Shown here: piece after piece, positions 14,801 through 28,342 of the stretch
Layout of the letters: each line of letters opens with the position of its first letter
Position numbering within the stretch: position 1 is the stretch's first letter
From: Gordius albopunctatus
Lineage: Eukaryota
DNA length: 64,000 nt
Reading direction: 5' to 3'
Assembly: GCA_964276515.1 (NCBI GenBank)
Contig: OZ193909.1
Span: 1,240,001-1,304,000, forward strand
The notes under the pieces: model-generated
Databases searched by the model: none
What the model was told of the DNA's origin: nothing
Seen by the model: the letters and a program-made list of their open reading frames with translations, nothing else
Translations under genes and position numbers: made by a program

Positions 14801-17800
14801 TTACTAATTTGCAGCAAAACGTTTATACACGCAGCGCCCAACCCTATTACTACGGCCAAGGCTCGCCTTTCAAACCCGAACCGGCCCGAGCGGATCGAGT
14901 AGTACCGGGCCGAAAAACACCGATAGATTCGGGTGTGGATAGCGGTAGTTGTGAAGGGGAGACCGGGGATGGGCTGCAACAACAATACCAGCCATTACTA
15001 TTGACGACGGGCGACCCAAACGTTGATAGAGTCATCCATGTCCACTTGGTTTTGTTGAGTCAGGGATTACAAGTAAGTTTGGATCATATGTTTGATTCAT
15101 TCATTCATTCATTCATTCATTCATTCATTCATGGTTAGAAATTGAGTCAGAGCCAGGATAAAGCGTTGACACGAGGTCGCCTGGTGAAATTGGTTAATAT
15201 ACAGGCATTGTGTTTGGAGATATTGTACGAAATAGTGGTACACGGGGTGCCCCAAGACCAAAACGTCATCGTGGCCATTTTCAACAGTAAGTTTCCCTCG
15301 TTTGTATTAAATCAAAATTTGTGAAAATTAATCATTTTATAGACTTGTGGTGGATAATTTTTTATATTTAAATATATAAATTGAAGCCCTTTCTCCGCAG
15401 GCTCGTTTTTGGTCGTCCGTCCTATCTTGTCCAACTTGTAATTTTTGCATAATTGCTCTTTAATTTATACGGTTTTTCAATGGCTGTGGTGTGGGTGGAC
15501 TTATGCTTCTGTAAAAGACTTCTTTTATTTGCCTTCGCATATAGACTAGCTAATGACCGCTGGGTGGCTTTAAATTTTTTCGACATCGCCCTGGTTCAAT
15601 ATCGACTACTGTTTTTGTGCCCGGCCGATTAGCTTTTCATATAAATTTAGATTGACAATTTGTCTAAGTTGTCGCTCGCTTTATAACAGATAACTGCGAA
15701 ACTGGCTAAATAATGACCTGCAAATTGGGATTAAATAGCATGAGAGTAGCCAGCATTGGAATTAGAGGGGGCAATAATGATTTAGGGAAGGGGCCAAATG
15801 ATCATTTTTTGAAATTTTAGCAATAAATTTAAACAAATTTTTGGATTAAGAGGCCGTGGCTGCGCCCATGTTACATAGCAATTAAATAATATTATTCGCT
15901 ATGCTTGTCTGTCTCGTCCTGTCCAACCTGTTGCTTTTGGTACCATTACCTGATTAAAAATTGAATAATTTTTACCGCGTTAGAATATTCAAATCTCAAC
16001 GGATGGGGCAACGTTAATCAAATCGTGGACTTTTGGAAGCGTATGAATGGGTCGACCTCGTTCCTCTCGGGTCACGTGTACAGGATTCAAACTAATTTGG
16101 AGCGCCACTACCTGCCATTTTTGCTGGAAAAGCATTCGCAGCAAGTCATTTCCCTAGGTATAATTGCCGGGTTCTTACACCAGTTTGATCTCAAAAATTT
16201 TTGGGCCGAGCGCGAGGGTCAAAAATTAAAATTTAATTGGGCCTCGGGAACCCGACCCCAGGCAAAATCTAGCTAAAAGATTTTTTACTAATTCCTTTAG
16301 AGGAGACAAAATATTTTTATGTTAAATGAAAGGTGGTGCGGGTGCGTATTCTGAATAGGATTTTTTTTATAAATTTACATAATTTAAAAAAGTCCGGCTT
16401 TAGTAAAAAATGTGTCGGGGTCGGGCCGAAGAAATTGCATTTTTCAGGGCTCTAAGTGCCATTAGTGGGGTTACAGACAAGAATTTTTTGACTTTTTTAA
16501 TAGCTTTGAAATAGTTTTAATGTTTTAGGAGAAGGATAACTTGTAGTAAGTTGACTAAATTTATAAGCATCGTATAATCACGACCATAATAGCTTATTCG
16601 CTCTAAAGGCACGATTTATATTAAAGTCGTGACGATAGCTTACAAATCTTGTTAGCCTAAAAAATAAAAAAAATTTAATTTTTCCTGAATTCTAAATTAT
16701 GGAACTTAAAAAGCTCAGTTCCCAAAGATTTAAGAATATCATTTGATCAAACCCTGCACTCTAAGGGTTTTGCTTATATTTGTCACCATTTCAAAACTGT
16801 TGCTTGTTTCTAATATGTCCTAAAGCCTCTTATAATCTGTATCCTCGACGAATATTTATTGTAAAATTCAATGCAATTTCGATTTAGCATCCTATTTTAG
16901 CAAGTCTTTTTAGTGTTAATTTGTAATAAACGAATTATCCTTTTAGCAGAAATAGAAAATAAAATTATTAGGATTAAAGAGTTTTATCATTTTGCAGTCT
17001 TCCCGAAAGAAATCAATCAAATTCAACAAATAGTTCCCGCCGGGCTAGATCAAATCGAGGATGTTCGCCATTGTGTAACTTTGTTGCAATTCGTATTGTA
17101 TCTCAAGATGCAAGGGATTCAAGATTTTAAGATTCACCTAGAAGAAATCGCCCGCGAACGTAAATCATAAGATTCCTTGGCTAAAATTATAATTTTTAAA
17201 AATGTTTAAAAACTTAATTTTTCTAAGAAATACCTATAATTAAATGGAAAAAATACAGTTTTACTGAGAAATCAGCTGATAAAATTTTATTTTATTTTTC
17301 AAAAACTTTTTATAGTTGAGTTTAGAGACCTGTTCGCGACGGGAAATCAAAATGGTATCATTAAATTTTTGTTGTCGCTACGAAATGAACTTCCACCGGG
17401 CGATAGTTTCGACGTCATATGTAGACTTTTGTGCAACAACGAAGAAATTAACCGATTTACGGGTTAGATAATAAATGAATAAATGAAAAAAAAAATCATT
17501 AATTGAATGAAATAAGTATATCTATATTTATTCCCGTTGGTTCCTTAGTGGCATATCTGACCCGGGTACAGAGCAATTTTAGACTTAGGGGGACCGCCGT
17601 GGCTCAAGCCTTAACTTGCTTGGAATCCAACGAAAGTATCATCAGATGCGGCGCCTGTAGGGCCCTGCAGCATTTGAAGGTTAGAAGCAACGACTCTTAT
17701 ACTAGCCATCGCTGGGTTTTGCTTGATCTGCCCCCTTTGGTTTAACTATGATGACTAACGGTCTATTCTGGTCGGATTTTCAAATTTCGGCCAAACCTAG

Positions 17801-18439
17801 TGGTCCATAAAGGAAAAAAGACCAAACAATCTTTGGTCTTTTTATGTTTAGCCGTCTGAAGCCAAAGGCCGCGGATCCAGTCGTTTTTAAAACATGAGTT
17901 GTTGAGCCTGATATTAGTTCCTAAGCTTTAGCCTTAAAATGAACGCACAATGTCTTAATTATCGATTAATATTTAACTGGGCTTTAAGCTCTTTTTTGAA
18001 GGGTAAAACGACAAAAATTTTGGTAGCAGACAATTTTTAAAATATAACTACTTACCTTGTCAAATTTTTGTAGAAACGTTTTTACTTTGTCCAAAATGTA
18101 CGAATAAAAAACCTAGAAATCATGATATATCGCATGGAAATGACAGCTGTAAACATTCATTCATATAAATTCTTCTCTCTTTACGCGATTAATGCATTTA
18201 AGGCTACCGAATCTATTCCCCAATTGGCGCGAACCTTCCAGCACGACCCCAATTTCCGAGTGAAAGAATTCGCGCGCATTTCACTCCTTAACATGGGATC
18301 GGCCGGGATTCGGGCTTACGACGAAATTCTGAGTTCCGGTCCGGCTCGACCGTTATCAGCTGATTATCGGGCCGGAAACTCGACTGCTCCACAATTTGGT
18401 ACGAGATCGGCGTTATACGACGTCGATTCCAAACTTTGA
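5832..18439 (+). CDS. RIPOR/FAM65 (PL48)-family Rho-interacting polarity regulator, multi-exon
   Basis: Spliced exons (approx. 5832-6080, 6525-6703, 9132-9424, 9887-10066, 10501-10672, 10783-10932, 11841-12375, 12658-13096, then ~13.4, 14.2, 14.8, 15.1, 16.0, 17.0, 17.3, 17.5 kb and 18203-18439). Family-like motifs: RPLSYSGY, LEYHCTKVDRLHDDY..LREGAKTM, MCKIETKLQELMG, IAGFARIGSGDQFEIVVRYG..QHWD, NQNGSLKLNM..WNP, LKSFDFL, LTTGDPNVD and a C-terminal HEAT-like ACRALQHLKATESIPQL..DPNFRVKEFARISLLNMG. True start and some internal junctions are uncertain. Confidence 0.85.
10102..10430. mobile_element. Two adjacent hAT-type MITEs (TAGAG.. TIRs) in a RIPOR intron
   Basis: 10102-10280: tagaggcctgca...tgcaggcctcta with internal tcgggtcgggt repeats. 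10284-10430: tagagccctgca...tgcagagctcta. Termini resemble the hAT elements at 51667 and 54303. Confidence 0.7.
11634..11818. mobile_element. Representative of a dispersed MITE family (TIR approx. TAGTGTTGTAAAAA)
   Basis: aatgctgtaaaaa...tttttacaacatt. Related copies or fragments near 2629, 4250-4390, 8800-8915, 14458, 17705-17895, 22770-22870, 29290-29730, 47050-47211 and 58901-58991. Confidence 0.7.
12016..12249 (+). repeat. Coding tandem repeat (five DQW[D/Y][R/Q]E units) within a RIPOR exon
   Basis: Translation AISSSPDQWDREKSRDKPISSPIDQWDRERIKPISSSIDQWDRERTRDKAVDSSLDQWYQEKARDKAINSSKDQWDRE; the DNA units share gaccaatgggatcg. Confidence 0.9.
15095..15132. repeat. (ATTC)n microsatellite in a short RIPOR intron
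   Basis: Direct reading. Confidence 0.95.
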
Positions 18440-19419
18440 CAAGATTTCTACACTATCGCTTTCGACAAACAATTACACCTTTTAGCTTCTTTGCTCCTAT
18501 GCCCCTAAACACATGTTTTTCCCCGCCAATACAGCCGTGTGTTTGTAGTATGCTTTCGCGCCTTTTATGGCTTCGCCCTCATACGATATCATATTTATGA
18601 AAACCTTTCCTATGAAGGAAGCAAAAATTTGTTAATCAAAAAGTTTATTCACGATTTATATGCTTGAATTTTATATTTCTTGTATTATTTCACTTCATCA
18701 TGCTGCTCGCAAACACTTACAAAGTATTATTATATCACAAAAACGTTATTTTCGACTGTTAATACAATTATATATTTTTTATTTATCCACGTTCCAAACA
18801 ATTAACTCTATAGGGCGGCCTACGTGGCGGCTTATATCCTCACCAAAAGTTTGCATCGAGATTTAAGAAATATTTTAAAGGAAAAACCTTCTGATAAGTT
18901 TGGTTTTACCATATGCTTTAAAGTTTAATAATTTATCTATAAAAGTGTCCTAGGTCCCTTTGAATCGTGCATCGCGGAGAAGCTTGTTTTACGCGTAATA
19001 TAATTATAGCGTTATATTTTTCAATTATCTTACGGCATTTGTTATCCTATTTACTACTTATACACACAAATATAAATTATACTAGCGGAATCTCACGATG
19101 ATATTATTGGCATTTGTTGAGGAGGTCGCTTTTATAAATTTTGGGTTCGGATTTACCTATTACTACGTTGTCGTTTAAAATGAGTAAGAATTAGTTTTAA
19201 AACAAGTATAAATTTGATAAAGGCTAAATTAAATTCATTATTCTTTCATAATAAAGGTTTCCTGTTAAATAAAATCTTATAGGTTCTTTCATATAAGTAA
19301 TCTAATTCTATATAATAAATATTCAATTAGTTCTCATGCGTAGTTATTTTATAATTATTTGTAGGCTAATTTAAGGTTTTAATGTCAAAAAACAAATGTC
19401 TATTTAACTAAACATATAA

Positions 19420-20610
19420 TTAAAAATGAATTTTAAAAGTTGATCTTTGATCATTTGTGATAGCTTGCAGGTTTTTTCTTTTTACAAATTCCCACATTCC
19501 CAGGGCTCAATTGATCACAATAGAGGCCACGCCTGCATTCACCAGATTGCCTAGGACCACACGTTTCTCCCGCTTTCTAAATTACACCCAAAAAAATATT
19601 TAATTTTTGAAATAAAATGTAATTTTTTCAAATTGTTTAATTTTTAAAATAACTTTAGGCCTCCCAGCTACACATATTCCTGGTGCTTGAGTAATTTCGG
19701 CATCGGGCGCTTGTTCACAAATCAACCCTGCGTCGCAAAATTGGAAAAAGGGGCCCCCACAAACTTCACCAACAACCTTAAAAACACATTTAAAAATTAA
19801 AAATATTAAAGTTTTAATTTAGTGATTTTTTGTTGAAAAACACATAAGAAGCGAGAGGGGCCAAAATGATCATTTTTTGAAATTTTAGCCCTAATTTCAA
19901 CAAATTTTTGGATTTAGCTCCTTGCCTACAGCCATGAGAATGAGCGATAACTGGTAAATGACATTTTTTGTAAACCTTTGCACAAACTTGGCAACACGCG
20001 CAACCATCCGGAACTAGGCCTCCTTTACAATCTGTGGGTGGGGGGCTCCTACATTTTGGAACTTGCTGTTGACAAGGACACGACAATGCAGCCAATCTGC
20101 AACAAATCATTTTTAATTTGAAAAATAAACTATTAACTTAAATAATTTATATTTCTAGATAAATCTACCAAAGCTTGTAGATGTTATAGTAAATGCCACA
20201 AGATTTGAAAGATTACCTCGTATCCTCCTTACTTCAAAATGCCATTTCCTAGCTTTTCCTAAATCACAGTATTATATAAATTCGAAATTAAGATGACAGA
20301 ACGAACTATTACAAGAAAATCTTTAAAAAATCGAGGACTAATATAATTTAGCATAGGGGTAGCCAGAGGGAGGCAATTTTAAATCCATAAATTCTTTAAA
20401 ATGTTATTATGGCTAAAATTAAAAAAATGATCACTTTGCCCCGCCCCCTCTTAGTTCCGATCCTGGCTCATGTAATTTGCAATAAACAATCAAAAAAATT
20501 ACTATACCCTATTTTTGATTAAAAAGAACAAAATTATGGTCATACTCTGTTATGAAGATGGCAAGGAATAATCCAAGGACCACAAGGTTTAGCGAATGGG
20601 AATATTTCAT
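19420..20610 (-). CDS. Secreted IGFBP-N-domain protein with extra half-domain (locus 1, intact)
   Basis: Exons 20610-20546, 20096-19976, 19776-19654, 19576-19420 with GT-AG introns. Protein: MKYSHSLNLVVLGLFLAIFITE-LAALSCPCQQQVPKCRSPPPTDCKGGLVPDGCACCQVCAK-VVGEVCGGPFFQFCDAGLICEQAPDAEITQAPGICVAGRPK-KAGETCGPRQSGECRRGLYCDQLSPGNVGICKRKNLQAITNDQRSTFKIHF*. Has a GCxCCxxC IGFBP motif and hydrophobic signal peptide. Confidence 0.88.
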
Positions 20611-21695
20611 ATTTAAAAAATTATTACTCTAAAATATTTCTACACCATTCTAAACAAGTTTTATAGCTTTTAAAGGTCACACCATATATGCTACAGATGC
20701 AAAGTTGACGCAAGTAAAAACATAAGATAAGAAATCATCTATTAGTAGGCAAATTAAGTTTGGGAGCCAAGATTTGAATCAGATGAGGGAAAAGTTTTGT
20801 TTAAACGATTGTGCGTTTTATATACATAAAATGCGCCTCTTGGTTTAGTGCTTAGATGGTTCATTTACAAAAACATACCAATTTTCATTCTGTTTTTGCT
20901 TGAATGAGCTTAGGAGAAGCTATGATTTAAATTGTCCTGGGCATGGGTGTAATAAAATGCAAAAATTTGTTTAAGCTTATTATGAAATTTCAAAAAATGA
21001 ACAATTTGCCCTCGCTAAGTTATTCATTGCTATGCTTGAATGGGTCTTAAACATTGTTTATAGATTTTAGAAATAACACATGAGCCCAACAATATTAAAC
21101 AACAATTAAGTAAATAACTCTCAAACTGGTCCTTCAATAGTAATGTAACGTAACGCGAGCACGGCAGTTTTTTCCTACGGGGGCGGGTGGCTTAAGTATA
21201 ACAACAATAAATATCAAACTATAGAAATTTAATTATAAATATTCTTTAATCTATATAAAAACCTTAACTAAAGTTCCTTTTTTTAATAAATCTAATATTT
21301 TTTTGGCAAAAGGCCACACTATCAGGTTTACCCATTCTGCCGAAAAAAAGTCGATCAAAGCTCAAACGTCTCCGACTTTTATTATTTTTGCTCCGACATG
21401 AGTACGAACTCAACCCGACATTATTTATAACTAAACTACCACCGATAATTCGGTTCAAAAATTGTATGGGCAAAAAGATACCAGCAACCGGACTGTTTAT
21501 ATGAGTCGGCCCGCCCGTTTTGAGATTTTAAAAGCCCAGACCCACAATCCGGACCCGCCAACATATTAATTTTTACTCCCGGGCACGGCCCACTAATTTT
21601 AGACAAAGGCCCAGCCCGGTTCGAACCTCTAAAAAATCTTTTTTTCCATTTTTTTTCATTTTTAATCCTATTTTTTTTGCCGAAATATTTAAACA

Positions 21696-21721
21696 ATATA
21701 TATATATATATATATATATAT
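21696..21721. repeat. (AT)n microsatellite
   Basis: Direct reading. Confidence 0.95.
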
Positions 21722-22649
21722 GAGTGTGTCTGTGTTAGAAATGTTAATAATAATTTTGTAAAATTAATAAATTATCGTTAAATTCCGATCAGACGAGTTC
21801 ATTTTTCTTTTAACAGGCGACATACAGGTTAAATGTTTGTTTCAGTCGAGGTACTTCTATTCGAGATACATAAAACCAGGTGGCCCGTCAACTTGCCGAA
21901 AACAATCTCTCCGAATTCACCTGGGACATTTTGTGATTGGTTGAATGGGGGACGAATGGAAAGCCGGGGGACATTAAATTCGGCAAGATGATTTTCGGCG
22001 AGTTGATAGGGCACCATAAAACCATATATTCTAGATAAAATACTTTTAAAAACCTTATTTAAGGCTACAATTAAAATTAGGTACTTGGCTTCTTTGCTTT
22101 TCCGTTCTAATAAATCTTTTAGTTTATTGCTAAAGAAGGGGAAAAAACATAGATGATAACATTTAAAATTTATTTCTAAATTTTTTAATTAGTATGTTCA
22201 TTGAAAATAGTAGATAAGCTTGTAATAAACCTTATCTAAATATATTGAACGAATTTACTCCAATATTGATAGAGGGTATAAATGGGGAGAGAGAAATATC
22301 TTAAAATATCTTAAAAAAGCATATTTTACAGTTCTAAAAATCATTTTTTTTGGTTAAAAAGTTTATTTTCACGAAACAAAGTTACATAAATAACGGAAAT
22401 ACAAAAATAAATAAAGACATATTGGTTAAATACAAAGTTCTATATCATTCATTATCTTCTAAAATTCCCCTCTAATTTCAATTCCAAGGCCAGTGGATTA
22501 AGTTTAGGATATAATCTCTTAGCAAAATTTATGATGCTCGTTGAGGTATTGTTGAATGAATGATTTAAGAAGGAACTATTATTTTATTTTAATTTTCTTG
22601 TAAAAATTTAAGCATATATCTAAGTTTTTAACAAAAATAAATTTAATCC

Positions 22650-25600
22650 GAATTTCTGCATTTTGTTGCCCTCGCCAATCACAAATCCCACAATGTAACA
22701 CTGACCCTCATGCCAATTCCGAAGGTGGCCTGGATTCTGAACCTTGCGGATGCGCTGTCTTTAACTTGGACTAATGGTTGACTCTGGTGTGTTTTTCAAA
22801 TTTCGACTGAGCCCCTTTGGTCCGTTTATGTTTAGTGGAGTAAAAAACATTCAGCTGCTCTTACAACAAACCTTTTCAACATTAGTTTTAATAAAGATGC
22901 ATTATTATCAACCGGTTTTTCCACTCATTTCACAACTAACAAATTAATTAGCAAAAAACATTGTGGAAGAATTTTAAAAACCGTTGCAAATACATCTCTG
23001 TAAATTAAATTCCGACATTTATTGAACTTTTTAATAATGACAGGGACAAAATATTTTTATCCAGAAATACCTTGTAGCGGTGGTTGAGCTTGTGTACTCT
23101 CGTGATCCAAGAAGCTATACCCTTGGTAGCCAAACACAATTTTTATGTTTGTTACTGGTGGGGGGGGTCACCCTATTGGCAAGGTTCTTGGTGAAGGGTC
23201 AGACTAAAATTTCCGGGCTTTTTGAGTACTAGTGAAATGGAAATGCTAGATTAAGCCTATCAATACGAGTGGTCTAAAGAAAAGTTTAATTCAGCGAAAT
23301 GACTGCATCATAAAGAATAGTAGGTAGTCAAGCGCCAAAATCTAACATAGTTCCGTCAGGCTTGGAAGGCCGGGATATCAATACTCCCTCATTCCATATA
23401 AACCAAAATGTATACTACAACAAAGACGCAGAATGGAAACCATAGGGCGTCCCCCTTAAGCGACGCGCGCATTCTTCGCCTGGAATGTGTGGGAAATAAA
23501 CGAAGGCTACCGCTCTCTCAACAAACGGAAGCGGTTAAAGACATTAGTTTGCGTAGGATAAAGTTCGGGTCATGGAATATTAGTACAATGACTAGCAAGA
23601 GCAGAGAATTGGCAGACGTTCTAAGGAGGAGAAAAATCGATATCGCTTGTATACAAGAGACCAAATGGAAGGGCGAAAAAGCAAAATACATAGGTGACGG
23701 ATACAAATTATATTTTTACGGTACAGAAACTCACCGGAATGGCATCGGTATAGTTCTATCGGAAGAATTTCAGCAAACTGTCGTCGACGTTAAAAGAATC
23801 AATGACAGAATTATGGCGATACAGCTTTGTTATAAATCTACTACGATAAACGTTATATCAGCATACCTCAAAGTGGATGCTCTGAGACAGAAAAAGAGTC
23901 TTTTTGGAAGGAGCTTGAAGATGTTCTATCCCAATTCGGTAAAGAAGGAATAATAATTATCGGAGCGGACCTCAATGGTCACGTGGGAAAATCAAGGGGA
24001 AGATGTGAAAGAAATCACGGTGCTCGGGGTTACGGCCTAAGAAATGAAGGAGGTACGGAAATTCTAGAAATTGCTCAAGCTTTTGACCTAGCTATAGGAA
24101 ACACCTTCTTCAAAAAGAGATAGGAACATCTTATAACGTACAAAAGCGGCAGCCGTACCACTCAGATAGATTTATTTCTAGTCAACAGAGCGCACTTAAA
24201 GTATGTTCAAAATGTTAAGGTAATACCGAGTGAAATATTGGCCTGCCAACACAAGCTGTTGGTGATGGACTTTATATTAAAGGGCCTTAAAGGGCAGAAG
24301 GTACAAAGAGTAGCCGCTACTATACAATGGAGGAAACTAAAGGATAATATTCAACATTTTCAGGAACAAGTAATTAAACTTGATGAATTTAAGGAAAATA
24401 CTTCATGTGAGGATCAATGGGATATAGCTGCCACAATGCGAAAAGCGGGACGACAAATACTAGGTGAAAGCAAGCCCACTAAAAGAATTCTCAAGGAGAC
24501 ATGGTGGTGGAATGAAGAAGTGCAAAAATGTATCAAGGAAAAGAAGAGATTGTACAAAGTTTGGTATAAAAGCAAGGATAGTAATGATAAGCAAGCTTAC
24601 CAAGTAGCTAAAAGATCGGCTAAAAAATTCGTAGCGAAAGCTAAAAACAAGGTGTACGACGATATAAATGTAAAACTAAACTCAAAGGAAGGAGAAAGAT
24701 TGATCTACAAAATCGCAAAGTCAAGGGCCCGAAATTCTAAAGATTACCTAGAATGCCGGCTAATTAAGGGTCAAAAGAGAGAAATACTAACGCACGACAG
24801 CCATATACTACAAAGATGGTACGAGTATTATAGCGATTTATCAATTGAAAAGGGGCCCGTAGTCGAAGACACTAACGAGGAAAATACAATAGGAGAATTA
24901 AACACAGCGGACTGGATCACGGAAACGGAAGTGAAAGTTGCTATGGGTAAACTAAAGTCAGGAAAAGCTCTTGGACCCGAAAATATACCAATAGAGGGCT
25001 TCAAAGCGTTAGGTAATACTGGTGCACAATTCCTCGCCAACCTTTTCAACAATATCTTGAAAAGGATGTAATGCCTGAGGAGTGGAGGGATAGCTACATG
25101 ATCCCGATATACAAAATGAAAGGGGACATTCAGGATTGCAACAATTACAGAGGGATAAAGCTTATGAGCCACACTTTCAAGGTGTGGGAGAAAGTGATCG
25201 AAAAACGGCTTCGAAGTATGGTTCAAATTCGAGATAACCAATTCGGATTTATGCCTGAGAGGTCTACAGCAGACGCTCTAAACAGTGTTAGAAGATTAAT
25301 GGAACGGTTTAAAGAAAGGGAAGAGGATTTGCACATGTGTTTCATCGATCTTGAAAAAGCGTTCGATAAAGTTCCTCGTAATTTAGTTTGGAAATGTCTT
25401 GAAGAAAGCAATGTGCCAGAAGCATACGTCAGAGCAATAAAGGATATGTACAAGAGAAATAGAACGTATGTTAGAACAACGGTGGGGACTACAAAGGGCT
25501 TCGCCATTAATACTGGAGTCCATCAAGGTTCAGCTCTTAGTCCCTTCCTATTCATAATGATAATGGATAATATTACCAAGGATTTGGGCGAGGAAGCTCC

Positions 25601-28020
25601 TTGGGCAATGATCTTTGCAGACAATATAATTCTCTGTGCCAAAAGTGAACAAGAATTGGCTAATACTGTAAATAGATGGGTAAATGCAATAGAAGATAGT
25701 GGTCTGAGGGTAAATCGAAAGAAAACAGAATACATGAAGACAAAGTTTAAATCGGATGAAAACCAGCAAAGTGCAACCCTTACTTTAGGCGATTGGCAAC
25801 TTAAAAGTGTGGATTCCTTCAAATATTTAGGATCAACACTTCAATCGGATGGTGGAATGGATAAAGAAATCCAAGCAAGGATAAATTCCGGATGGCTCAA
25901 GTGGAGGGACTTGACAGGTTTTCTGTGCGACAAAAACATCCTGAGAAGACTAAAAAACGCACTGTATAAATCCATCATACAGCCAACAGTCCTGTATAGC
26001 TCGGAATCATGGGCTACACGTAAAAGAGACGAGCAACGTCTTGCGACCATGGAGATGAGAATGCTAAGATGGGTGCTAGGAGTAAGCAAAAAGGACCATA
26101 GGCGAAATGAAGAAATAAGAAGAATTTTGGGTACTACATCAATTGCGACAAAGCTCTTAACAAATAGACTAAGATGGTATGGCCATGTCGAAAGAAGGGA
26201 CGATAGCTACGTAGGAAAGAAAATCGAGATGATAAATTTCGCAGGAAAACGAAAGAGAGGAAGACCGAAGCTTACCTGGATTCATAAAATACGGCATGAT
26301 ATGAAAGTCCACAAGATAAAGAAAGATCTATGTAAACATAGAAACAAATGGAAACGAATGCTGAAAAGACTGACCACCAGCCTAGGTGACAAGCAGTAAT
26401 AGAAAGAAGAAGAAGAAGACTACATAGACTGCTCAACGGGCCGTTCTGGCCATTCGGGCTCAATTTTGTTTTTAAAATAATGTGTTATATTGTTTTTGTG
26501 TATATTTTGATTTTGTCACTTTTTTAATTGATTTCATAATATCTGTTAATCCAAGTTGTCATTTAAAAAAAAATCAAAAATTAAGATCCAATTTTTAAAA
26601 AAGATAACGATATTAGTGCTAAAAATTTTAAAACACACCATTTCGGGCCGGGCAGATGGGATGATTCGGGCATTGCCGGGCGGACACATACAAGGGGTCG
26701 GGCAGAAAGATTCTAACAAATCTAACCTCTGCTGCTCATATCATATCTCTCATATGGTAAAATTTATACCATTTAAATGGATTTAACTATATTCCATGTC
26801 TTTTTGTAGTGTATTCCATAGTTGGAACAGAAAAGTGAATATCCTTCCTCAAGTTAACATATGATTATTTAATAAAATGCAGATGACACTAAATGGATTT
26901 AACATCGCATCAACACAATATTGATTGCTAGGCAATTTATGGGCTCCTCGCTTTTGAGTTTTTTTTTATTATTATACATTTTGCAAGTGATATTTTTTTA
27001 AAATGTTGTTTTAAATATTTATCTAGTTTAATCTTTTGAATTACGTTTTAAAATTTTTTTAATTAATCCAAATTACCATAATCTATATGTCCTTCCCATA
27101 TTGGCGCACATTTCAAAATGGCGGAAAATCTGTAGACTTATTTGTTATACGACAACTATATACAGGACCTTAGCCAGAATTGGGATTAGAGGGGGAACAA
27201 TTTTTGAAAATTTAGCCCCATAATTTTAAGAAATGTTAACAATTTTTTGGATTTAGTGCCCCATTGACTACCCCCATGACTATATATGAAAGAACAGCTT
27301 ATGCATTCTGTCGTATGTTTGTTTAATCATTTTAAATGATTTTTATAGAAACTTTATAACGGATAGCTTAAGTATGAATTCTAATTTTACAAATTTTAAT
27401 TTTTAATATTCTCATATGCTTTTTTGTCTTATTTGTGGAAAAGTGGAAAAAGTCAATATTAGCTGCATGGACGTATCTAACGGTGGAATTAGAGGGGGGC
27501 AGCTGCCCCTCCCTGCTAGCCTCTTTGGCACGCCTATGACGTAAGGACACATAGCTTTGAAATTTTGAAATTTGTGATTTCTTTATGCATTGTCATTTTG
27601 AATCATTGACCTTTTGGACATTAATTTTTTGAGCAGAAGCGGTTTATCTCGTCTATGCCTATAACAGGCCCTATTGTTGATGTTTTGATTGCTATGCAAT
27701 CCTAAGACCACCTCTTCTCCCCATACAAAATAGTTTTTGGTAATATTTAAAAAAAATCAATTTTAAATAAAATTTCAATTTTGTGATGAGAGATGGCTTT
27801 GTAAACAACCACCTGATGCTGAATTAACGCAACGAGAAGGAATTTGTGTAGCCGGACTAGCCAAGGTTTGTTATCAAGATTTGAAACATATAATTTTTTA
27901 TTCTTAAATAATAAATAATACAAAAAGTTTATATTATTTTATAAAATTTTAGAAAAGGGATGAGGCTTGTGGTCCTAGCCAGCAAGGCTGATCCATTGAG
28001 CCCTGGAAATGTAGGCGTTC
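22650..28020 (+). pseudogene. IGFBP-domain pseudogene (locus 2), interrupted by an RTE element
   Basis: Exon-2 remnant at 22650-22755 has its acceptor AG changed to CG, Cys-to-Arg/Ser changes and is truncated after PCGC. Exon-3 remnant FQFCDERWLCKQPPDAELTQREGICVAGLAK at ~27773-27865. Exon 4 (27953 onward) has an internal deletion giving TGA. It is the inverted paralogue of locus 6. Confidence 0.8.
23073..26419 (+). mobile_element. RTE-clade non-LTR retrotransposon, near full length, inactivated
   Basis: APE endonuclease (GSWNISTM, IACIQETKW, IGADLNGHVG) and RT (NYRGIKLMSH, FIDLEKAFD, GVHQGSALSP, FADN, FKYLGS). (GAA)n tail at 26401-26419. Frameshift near 23865 and stops at 24121 and 25069. 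The 5' boundary is approximate and no TSD was found. Confidence 0.93.
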
Positions 28021-28342
28021 TACTTCTATCACGTTCTGGATTTAAAATTTATTCATTTTTATGTGCAAATAATATAATTTATTTTAACTTTGATCCATAA
28101 ACTACGAGTATTTACACACAAATATTTTATACTCAACCTCAATTTTACAATAAGTTTGAAATCGAATGGGAAAAAAACTTAATTTCATATAAATTTAAAT
28201 TAAAAAAGATGATATAAATGGTAAAATAATAAACAAACAAGATAATTGAGTAAGCAACAAACGATTTCATGATGTCACATAATATAAACTTTTAAAGCTT
28301 ATTTTACTGATAATAATTTATTAAAATCAAAAAATTATAAAA

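Noticed and set aside
20217..20258. Possible 42-nt extra exon (KARKWHFEVRRIR) in intron 1 of locus 1
   Set aside because: It is phase 1/1 whereas the flanking junctions are phase 2; inclusion gives a stop.
24828..26089. Minus-strand ORFs over the RTE (and + strand ORFs over the Helitron, - strand ORFs over RIPOR exons)
   Set aside because: Antisense shadows of real coding sequence.
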